Below are positions 10,400 to 20,700 of a stretch of 64,000 nucleotides of DNA, one piece after another; the first letter of the stretch is position 1; the number at the start of each line of letters is the position of its first letter. Where the stretch lies: positions 18,786,995-18,850,994 of the forward strand of contig OZ037765.1 of assembly GCA_964035545.1 (NCBI GenBank), written 5' to 3'. The position numbers were made by a program, and so were the translations under genes. Source of the DNA: Bugula neritina (Eukaryota; Animalia; Bryozoa). The notes beneath the pieces are model-generated. The model was not told the origin of the DNA, ran no database searches, and saw only the letters and a list, made by a program, of their open reading frames with translations.

Positions 10400-13300
10400 C
10401 TACGGCCCCCACCCAACCGGGTGAGGAGGCCGCCTTCGCCAGAGTGGCAAGCCCCAAGGAGAGTGAGTCGGCCGCAAGGCCCACCAATACCTCCGGCTTG
10501 GGCACTCAAAAACCGCTTTGAAGGTTTGCTTGATGAGGGAGTGAACGACGAATGGGAGCACAACAGGGATTTTCCTCGGTTGCCCACACGAGCATCAGTC
10601 CGAGAATTCACTCGGCCGCCCGTGTGTGAGCGAGACCGAGATGTACCCTGCCCGCCCATGCAACGTCGACGACCCCCTCGCAACCGAAAAGCACAGGTGC
10701 ATCCCCAACTCCATGCACATGAGGTGTCGCCTCAAGAGACAAACCGCTCAGTGAGCGCTCAGCCATATGGAAGCAGCTATTTCCTCCCCGGCAAAATTGC
10801 TGGTAAAGCTGCCACATTCCTGTTGGATACTGGGTGCACCACAAATCTACTGAGTCGACGTCTCTTTGACACTCTCAGTGCCAGGGACAGGGCTAGCCTA
10901 GAACCATATGAAGGGGAGCACGGCACGTTGGCGGACGGGTCGTGTATTCCTTTCTATGGGGTAATCCAGTTGACTGGTAGAGTCCGTGATCAGATGATCA
11001 GTGAGACCTTCATCGTCAGTCAACTCAAGGAGGATGCCATCTTGGGCATGCCATTTCTGAAGCGACACAGGTGCTACATCGACTTTAGCAAGTCGGCAGT
11101 AGTGATGGCGGGGTGTGAGCTGGCCTGTGTCGACCGATTTGGCCGACCCTTGGTGGGGGGAGTGCAGGTGGTACAGCGCTGTACTGTACCTGGGCGCTTC
11201 CGGGCTACAGTTCGCTGCAGAGTGAACTGTAGGGAGATCTCCGAGCTCGGAGTGGTGGAAGGTGCACTGGGGGGCGTCCAGCTCGCTAACAGTCTGAATA
11301 GACTGGATGAGCGGGGGGAGTTCCTGGTCCAGTGCGTAAACCCTTTCACGGAGCCGGTAGAATTACCGGCTGGGTCTCTAGTAGGGAAGTTCCACTCCGT
11401 GCAAGAGGAGGATGTAGGGCCCGCGCTGGAAACAGCGGACGACGCCCGGGGAGTACCCACTAGAGACGGCAGGGGGCCGGTGCCTGAACACGTAGCAGAG
11501 TTGTACGAGGATGCCTGTGATGGCTGTGAGAGCAAGCGGGAACGCCTGGTGATGGCGCGGCTACTCTCTGAGTACAAGGACGTGTTCAGTTGCGGCGACC
11601 ATGACATGGGTCTGACTGAGACTGTCCGTCATGAAATACCCCTGGCGGCGGGGACGGTGCCGATTCGGCAGCCGACCCGCCGGTTAGGTCCTGAGAAGGA
11701 GAGAGAAGTGAGCCATCAGACCTTCTGAACCGGGACCTGATTGAGCCAGGCCATGGGGCCTGGAGTTCTCCAGTCGTCCTGGTTTGGAAAAAGGATGGTA
11801 GCTGGAGGTTTTGCGTTGACTATCGCAGGCTGAACAGCGTGACCATCCAGGACGCTTACCCTCTCCCGAGGATCGATGAGTTGCTCGATGCCTTAGCTGG
11901 TAGCAAGTTCTTCAGCACGTTGGACTTGCTAAGCGGGTATTGGCAGGTGCCCCTGAGTCCTGAAGCACAGGACAAGGCCGCGTTCATAACGCGGGATGGG
12001 CTCTGGAAATGGAAGGTGTTGCCATTCGGACTTACGTCCGCACCAGCCACCTTCCAGCGACTCATGGAGCAGGTCCTGAGTGGACTGCACTGGAAGACCT
12101 TGCTCATATATCTCGATGATGTCATCGTCATCTCCCCCGACTTCGACACACATGTCAGTCGACTCAGGGAGGTGTTCGACAGACTCCGAGCTGCTAACCT
12201 GAAGCTAAAGCCCTCGAAGTGTGCATTACTGCAACGCGAGGTCAAGTACCTAGGACATGTAGTTGGTCGAGACGGGGTCGCCACCGACCCCGAGAAGGTA
12301 CGGGCCGTGAGGGACTGGGCCGTTCCTGTCGACCTCTCTGAATTGCGGGCGTTCCTGGGGCTGGTAGGGTACTATCGTCAGTACATACCAGACTTCGCAG
12401 GAATTGCACAGCCGTTAAATCGGCTGACCGCGAAGGGGGTGCGATGGCAGTGGACGCAGGCTGAGCAGAAGGCATTTGACCACCTGAAGGATCGCCTGGT
12501 GGAAGCACCCATCTTGGCGTATCCTGACCCTGCGAAGGAGTACATTTTGGATACTGATGCCAGTAACCATAATGTGGGGGCTGTGCTATCGCAGGTCCAA
12601 GATGGTCGCGAGGTGGTGGTGGCTTACTATAGCAAGGCCCTGTCGGCGCCTGAGAAGAACTACTGTACAACCAGGAGGGAACTCTTGGCAGTAGTCAAGG
12701 CGGTCAAACACTTTAGACCATATCTATATGGGCGCACATTCCGGCTTCGGACGGATCATGCGTCCATGATATGGCTGTGTCGACGGGCAGAACCATCAAG
12801 CCAAGTGGCGTGCTGGCTAGAGATCCTGGCAGAGTTTTCTTATCGGATCGAGCATCGACCCGGTAAGAAACACGGTAATGCAGATGGACTCAGCCGCCGC
12901 CAGGCAGATGAGTGTAAGCAATGCCAGAATATCGAGCGCAGGGACGGTGGACCCCCTCGCTCGGACGTCGAAGCGCAGTTGGGGAAAGCGGGTGTGTACA
13001 GCTGGGAAGAAGGGCAACTCCTGTCCGAATCGCCCAACAAAGCTGTTAACAACCTTCACGCAAACCCCACGTTGCTTCGGAACGTCAGGGAGCTATGCCG
13101 GCTCCAGTCCACGCTACCAGGAGTGGTAGCTGACCTAGTCCGAGCCAAGAAGGAGGGACGGCGGCCGAGTGAGGCCGAACAGCGAGTGAAGAGTATTGAG
13201 TTTAAGTACTTCTGTGACCGCTGGGACTCCCTAAGGTTCAACAGCAATGGGCTGCTAACGATCACGTTGGCAGTCGGCACCAATCGCAGTGAACGAGAGA

Positions 13301-14874
13301 GGGTAGTCTGCCCGTCAGCTCTGAGGCGGGAGTTGATCTGGGACACCCATAAGCAAGCTCACGCAGGAGCTAGCCGGGTGATCAGGTGTCTTTAACTCCA
13401 GTGGTTTTGGCCCGGTATGACCCGGGATGTCCGACTCCGGGTGCGGAAGTGCGAGGTGTGCCAAGCTAGCAAGCATGGCCGCCCCACTGAGACCGCAAGG
13501 AGGCGTCGCCTCCATGCCGGTCGTCCGTGGCAGGTGGTTGCTGTCGATCTGGTAGGCCCCATGCCCACTACAGCGAGAGGTAATAACTGGATACTGGTAT
13601 TAACTGACCATTTCACGCGGTGGGCTGATGCACTGGCTATTCCAGATGCGTCGGCCCCCTCGGTGGCCAGAGCTCTGGATCAACAGGTGTTCTGCTATTT
13701 CGGCTTGCCGGAGCAGATACACTCTGACCAGGGCGCCCAGTTTCAGTCGCAACTTATGAGCGATCTCTGTAGAGTGTGGGGGGTAAACCAGAGTCGGACG
13801 ACCCCGTATCACCCGCAAGGGAACGGGGTCGTGGAGCGGAACAACCGAATGCTAGGGGACTCTCTGAGAAGCCTGCTTATCGGTAGGAGCCAGGAAGAGT
13901 GGGACTTGGTGTTGCCGCAGATCATGCGAGCCTACCGTGGTACCCCTCACTCCAGTACACTGGAGACCCCTAATTTTCTCATGCTGGGGAGAGAAACAAG
14001 GGTTCCTGAGCACGTAACCTATCATGTTCCGAATCCCGAGAGCAATGTCCACGACTACGTGGACAAGCTCGTAAAACGCATGGGGACGGCTCACGAGGTG
14101 CTACGTGAGCAGCAGTGGCAGGTCAGGAGTGGTGACTCTGACGACCCACCTTTATACAAGGTGGGGGACTGGGTCTGGATGACCAGTCATCGCCGCAGGC
14201 GCGGACAGGCAGCCAAGTTGCAGCCAAAGTTCGTAGGTCCCTACTGCGTAATTGAGGTAATGTCAAACCATACATACAAAGTGGAACGGTCTGGACAAGT
14301 GTCGGTCCAGAACGAGGCACGGCTAAAACCTCACTGGGCAAGTCCTGATGCGGCAGGTCAAGCACCTCCTCTCTTAGAGCCAGCTAGGCACCCTCCTATG
14401 AGGGGGCGACCCATGGCATATCGAGAGATTGAGGAGATACTGCCAGACCAGGACGGGGCGGCTGATGCGTCAGCCGACCAGCCCCAACCTCCTCCACCCC
14501 AGGAAGAGGAGGTCGACACACCTGAAGACCTGTCGGAGCCGGCCCCACCACCTGTGGAGCCGGTCGACAGGCCCATCGTCCCGGATGAGATGGCAAATCC
14601 TCAAAATCATGAGGAAGAGGCAGCTGGGGGAGGACCACCCGTACTGGTGGACCCCCCCGTACTGGCGACACCACCCGTGGTGGAAGAGTCACCAGTCGTA
14701 GCAAATTTCCCAGTGCAGTTGGAGCGTAGCCAACGCACTAGGGCGCCTCCATCTTATTTAAAAGAATTCTTGTGTGATGCAGTGGAAAAACATCCATCAG
14801 CTATCATAAAAGAAATCTGGGGGGACGAGCAATTGAGAGTTGCATTTCCAAGGTATAAGGAGACGCAATTGTGA
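10385..14874 (+). pseudogene. pol: Gypsy pol (protease, RT, RNase H, integrase with GPY/F), disrupted
   Basis: Protease LLDTG (ORF 10421-11728); frameshift near 11718; RT PFGL and YLDD plus RNase H DTDAS and TDH (11839-13395); premature TAA at 13393-13395 within the integrase HHCC region; DDE motifs VDLVGP, SDQG and VERNN, then GPY and a Pro/Glu-rich tail (13417-14874). Confidence 0.93.
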
Positions 14875-15595
14875 GTTGCCTACCCCAGTGGTGTGACACA
14901 AAACACCACCGGGGGTAAGAAATGAGCGAAGTCAGCTCGCTAGTGAAAGGGGTATTATACAATCACTTTCACTGCGGAAAGCGTTCTTTTCTGATTCAAC
15001 TGCCAACATGCACGCATGTACTTGGCAGGCTGGCGCACTACGTAGCCTAAGTGGGCAGCAGACTAAAGTCAGGGCTGTCTTATGGTAAGTCTACTAGTAT
15101 AATTCTATTATTTAAGTAGAATTCAAGCTGGTAGCCTAAATCAGTCTCGCTTTATCATAACGATAAAGTTGATTTCCCAAGTCAGGTGATTCACTGACGA
15201 CTTGAGTGGGGCGGTCGACCACATGATTAATTATTAATCAGTGGTTAGTGATTGCGAGACTCAATCGAGGTGTCGTACTGACAGGTGCAAACCCCTTCAA
15301 CAGTTGTTGGCATTCTGTTGCAGGTGAGACTGGAATGGCGGGGCCAAATTCCTTCTCATGGCATAGCGCAGTCACATCATTCATCTCAACTTTTGGCTAG
15401 ATGCTGGCTGCTTGACTGGACTCTTGTAGCGACATGACAGCAGTGCTGGTGGTCGTCATAACAGAAGTGCCAGAGACAACTGACACGTAGCTCTTCCCTC
15501 CCCTTCTCTGGCGATCACGTTCCGGTATAGGCAGAGTAGCTCCTCCCTCTTCTCTCCTGTGGCTACATCCTAATAATGAAACAGTACAAAATAAT

Positions 15596-15722
15596 AAGAA
15601 GAAGAAATATTAAAGATTCCTGCATGAAGTTAAAAAGTAAAAATAGAAGTTAAGAAGAAGAAGTAATATTAAAGATTCCTGCATGAAGTTAAAAGTAAAA
15701 ATAGAAGTTAAGAAGAAGAAGT
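15596..15722 (+). repeat. Tandem duplication (about 2.2 copies of a 56-58 bp unit) in the Gypsy 3' internal region
   Basis: aagaagaagaa..tattaaagattcctgcatgaagttaaaa(a)gtaaaaatagaagtt at 15596 and 15652, partial third copy at 15710. Confidence 0.9.
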
Positions 15723-16194
15723 CTTTCCTTTCCTCCTTTTGGGAATTCGACGGCGACGAGGTAGACGTTGGTAGTGAAGAGACCAGTCAACCCCCCTCCA
15801 TCTTCCCCCCTTTGGGGAGATTCCTTCGTACTCTCCAATCCCCTGTTCCTTCTCTCCCCCCTTTGGGAGAGACTCCTTTGCCACGCTTGATTCTTCTGGG
15901 GACTCATCGATTCCCCCATCGCTTGGCTTCGACTAGACGAGTGTGAAGCAGTACATCTCCTTCTCACTAAGTTCATGCTACCCTACATCATTTGGTGAGA
16001 GACCCCCCCCCCTACCCTGTGACTGACCCGGATCGATCGTGTACAACATGGACATCGTTTTGAATACATATTTTGTGTTCTCTCATTCCTGGTTGTTTTA
16101 ATCTTTTGTTTTATTTTACCTTTATTCCTTTTATTATTTTTTTTGAGATTATGTGCATCAATCGTAGAGTGTACTTTTCGATAGGTGTGGCGAG

Positions 16195-16602
16195 TGTGGT
16201 AGATTTTAGTGGTGCAAGTATTATTGTAATAATCGAAAAGGTTCACTTCATATTGTTTATTATCTTGTGAGTTCGACACTGTCGGAGTGTAGCTATGGAC
16301 AGCAGTGGCACCACTAGTAACCACCAATCAAGACAGTCACACTAATTGATAGCAGGTGGAGCTAGCTACTCGTAGTTGCAGTGCGCTGAGTAGCTAGCCG
16401 GCAGAGCAGCTTGGGACTTCATTTAGAACAGTTGTGTATTAAAGCTCACTAATTATGTAATCGTTTTCTATTCATGCTAGCAGTAAATAACCTTTTTGTA
16501 TTTGTGTAAATAATAAAGTATCTTATCGTAAACAACCTGTCGCAGTGGCTTTGTTTAAGTAGACCCACACATAATAATAGTGAACTGGCAAAATTCACTA
16601 CA
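16195..16602 (+). repeat. 3' LTR (408 bp)
   Basis: Direct repeat of 9024-9431, followed by the TSD GTAT. Confidence 0.97.
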
Positions 16603-17725
16603 GTATTTACTAAGTTAATTGACCAAGTCAATTGGTCATGACAGAATTTTTTGCAATTTCACTTTTTCTTATGCAAGTTTCCACCATTCGAAATATTAAT
16701 GCTTTAGAATTTAGCACAGACTTAATCATTTGGTTTGTTTAATAAAACTTTGGTGCAAATTATACATTTGCAGTCAGGATTTAAACAGAATTAATGTCAT
16801 TTCAAAATCTACATTTTTAACTTTAGGACTTACTTAAATGCTAATCATGTAAAAAAAATTTTGTTACATTAAATTACCTTGTGGCTAAAATTATTCATTA
16901 TAATATTATTATCGTGATTTTTAATTTTAAAACATTTTTAAATTTACTTTTAAACTCAATTTTTAAATTGTTGTGCAGTATTATAATTTCTGTGTTTCCT
17001 GTTTAATATTAAACTTGAAACATTAATACTCCTCATTGACAATGACTTGTTTTCTAAGCAATTTGCATAAATTAAAAATAGCATAATATTCGCCTATTCT
17101 CACCTGCCTCTACTCGATCTGTCCTATTCAGGTAGTGGGAAATGCAAAGCAATATAATATTCATACTACAATATTCAAAAGGATTTGTGCAAATATAATA
17201 TTCACATATCAACATTTGAACAACAAAAATTATATTAGATTAGATGACAAACAGAAAAAGGTTTTTCCATCATGTAGCAGCAAGCAAGATAACTAAACAG
17301 GTTTGCCAAGCTGCTTTTAAGTACCCTGAAGCATATGGGTACCAGAGAAAGGTGTATATATACTGTAAGAACTATTGATTCTGTTGCATTTCCTAAAAAT
17401 ATGCATCACTAAATTTCAGATCTCGTTATCATTTGACAACAATGATTATTACTTTATATACATTTTGTTTTACTATTTTGCCAAATGAAGTTATTCTAAA
17501 AATAGTATTTTTCTCCAATTTCCGTAGAATCTTCATTCAAATTCATTTAAATATAATTTCAGAAATAGAAAATATTCAGCAATGTTTGTAGAACTGTTTC
17601 AATTTATTTGTATGAATTATATTGATATAAATATATATAATTTAGATAAAAATAAATAGCATTTTTGTTTTAGTATAGTACACATAAGAATAGGTGCATC
17701 ATATAGAATAGACCACTTTTTGTCA

Positions 17726-20700
17726 TCAATCATCTGGAGTTGGTATATCTGAACATTCTGCAATTAGCAAGTCATCAAGGGCTATATCTCCTTTGTTCGT
17801 TCCAAGCATTTTTAACTTGAAAATAATCTAAAAATTATAAACTTATAAATAAAATTTGGTGTGCTGCAAATAAAGTGCTCATATTATAAATATATATGAT
17901 AATGTGAAAATTTAATGGAGAAAGTAATTGGGTTTTTTAAGGCATGGGTATACATTTTTTGAAAATTTCTATCTAAAAACTGTGAAGGTATTATAAATAC
18001 ACATATCAACAGAACTACTTTCTCATTAATGCCAATTTTAACTCAGCAGAATCTACTTGTTGGTGACATGCATAAAAGCAATACATAATCAATACATACT
18101 AATACAGGAATCCTAATTCTCAACCATGTATAAGTGGTGCAGGCATAAAAAAGTTCAAGTAAATTCTAGAAGCTCTGCAAAACTTAAATAGTTTATGACA
18201 TTACTTTGTTAATAAGCATAGAAACAAATATGGCAATTATGTATATTTAAATAGCAAACCTTGAAACTATAAATAAATAAGACAACTTATGACTAAAAGC
18301 CCTTTTTAAGTTACAGAATTACCGCCCAAAATGTAGTACTGGTCTTAAATTTATGGTTTTAAATTTAATAATAAATTTCTATAAAGCTTATACATGTTCG
18401 TTTAACTATACTACACTATAGTACATACATACAGTGCATTATTTCTACCAATGATAGCAGCCAGTACATTGCATTCATAAAATTAATGACACAAAATAAC
18501 TGCTTGGTAAGATATTATAGTATATTGACAAGATATATGCTATAGTTGTGAGGAATTAGAGAGCAATTGTACATCTAATGGATATATTATGATGAGCTAT
18601 GGTTTTGTATAAAACGGGTAACAAGCTTCGCAGAAAGACAACATAAACGTTGAAGATAACTGTACCTTCAGTGGTCCTTGCGGCAAACTGATTTTCTTAC
18701 TCAGCCATCGAGGTCCTTGTCCACCTGATGTACTGAAAACTAGCGACTCCTGACCACCTTGTGTGTAGAAGACCTCCAGCTGTCCCACACTCTGTCCGTA
18801 CATGCAATATGCAAATCTACAAATTGTATTCTGTGAAGATAAATTGCTGCATTTCTCATAATATAATAATCTAGAAAATATTAGTTGAAATAGAGTAGCC
18901 TATAGTTTATAAAGGATTTTTTATTGTTCATGTCATAGACTTGCAGAAAATTGTGTTTTACAAATTACTTAAAAGTAGATACTGAATGATGTATCCTCAT
19001 TTAGGTAGAGCAAAAAAAGAAGAAATTCAACTTGCCTAATTTGGATTTGTGAATATTGGTTTGGTTTTTTCACTAAAAATCTCACAAGAACACAACTGCT
19101 TATATGATATTTCTGCTCTAAAACGTAGGTTTTTTCAAATTGCAATTACTGTGACTGCATGGTGAAGCAATAACTTTCATTAAGATTTCATCATAATAAT
19201 CTGAAGGATTACTATTACCTGAAACAGAGAGCTTGTGAAGATTGAATTTCTGGCGAGGTTAGAATAGCCATATCGTCCGTGTAAGCTAAGGAGGCTTCCA
19301 CATATGCAAAGAACCCTGTTAAATACATATATTATTTTGTAGGTTGACATCATTATATATATCATAAAAACACAAGGGTGGGCAAAGTTAAAGTGATTTA
19401 TTCATACAACATTAGATATAGATGAAAAGTAATCATGAAAAAGATATTTTAGCGAGACTACATCTAGAGATGACAGCAGACCAAAGTCTACAAAGTGATG
19501 GATGCGTCTATAGTGATAGCCAGCAAAAGTTTCCTGTTATAAGAGTAGTATGTGTTTATTTTAATATTAGCAATTACGCAGGTGTGTCTTGCACACTATA
19601 ATAATATATTGCTTTATCTACTACATGATATTAGGTGGAAGCTGACTCATCATTTATAATATAAGTAGAGTGCAATATTCACAGCAATACATTTATGCGG
19701 ATGTTGATATAAAACTGTAGAAGTAGAGTTTGTTATAACATAAACACTTTAACAAGTTGTATAAGCAATGATATGATACTCTAACAGTACGGGGTTGGAG
19801 AAAGCTGACCATTAGATGCCATGGTGGTGTAGTCATTGTTTGGTCCAGTCTGTACGTCTGCCGTTCCTCTTTGATTAAGGAACCAGTAGTTGGTAGCAAT
19901 GCCGGTATATGACTGTGTCCATCCACACCAGTCATTGTCATCAAAGTTACAGTAGTGAACTGGAGCATCTACAGTGTAAAGGTTCTGCATCAAGTTATAT
20001 ATTGACTTTAGTATATAATTGAGATCGTGACCATGAAACTCTATAAAGAAGTTGGTTAGGCATGAAAATAAACACAGCTATACAACTTAAGTCTGCTGAT
20101 TACAGTAATTGTACAGAAGTGCCATTGGATAATTTTCTGTTACTTTTAACAAAATTAACAATATAATATATTCGAAAAGACCGCCTGGCTCAACTCACAG
20201 CTGATCTTTTCATTAACTAAGAGATACTAAATGCTGGCTGCAAAATGCATTAAAATCAAAACCTGCCTTCTAAATCACCATATATTTAAAATAATTTCTA
20301 ATACATAAACACTCATTTTACTATAGCAGTAAATTTTGCTGTGCTTGAGTGAAACTTTTCGCGATGCATAAATGTTAGCTAGCATGTGTTCTCAATGTTA
20401 CTTAAACATACCCACACATAAAGGGTCGTAGGCTAGCCAAGTGCCATCTAAGAGGCACGTTCTGTTGGTGGGGCCCACTAAGGTGTAACCACTGTTACAT
20501 GAGTACTGTATAATGTGGCCAACTGCCCTGTCTTGTCCTTGTACTGTCCGCCAACTGCCATCCTCAGGGTAAGAAGGTAAACCAGCACACATGTTCAAGA
20601 TAGGGTTTTGCTCTGCAATGCAAAAGTATTTTGATGAAAATATTGAAAAGAATACAATTATATTTCTTTTTGTATGCTTTTTAATTGCAAAATAATTTAA

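Larger units (their letters stand above)
9024..16602 (+). mobile_element. Full-length Ty3/Gypsy LTR retrotransposon, recent insertion, coding-defective copy
   Basis: Two 408-bp TG...CA LTRs, 4-bp TSD GTAT (9020-9023 and 16603-16606), PBS, gag with CCHC, and pol order PR-RT-RH-IN. GC content is much higher than the flanks. Confidence 0.97.

Noticed and set aside
10026-14704. Many antisense and alternate-frame ORFs over gag and pol
   Set aside because: Expected shadows of GC-rich coding sequence; no recognisable motifs.
15194-15260. CTGACGA as a hammerhead ribozyme core
   Set aside because: No stem II followed by GAAA and no suitable cleavage triplet; no hammerhead core seen in the LTRs either.
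14875-16194. env gene in the Gypsy 3' region, including + ORF 15683-15946
   Set aside because: No long sense ORF, signal peptide, furin site or TM anchor; the short ORF starts inside the tandem duplication.
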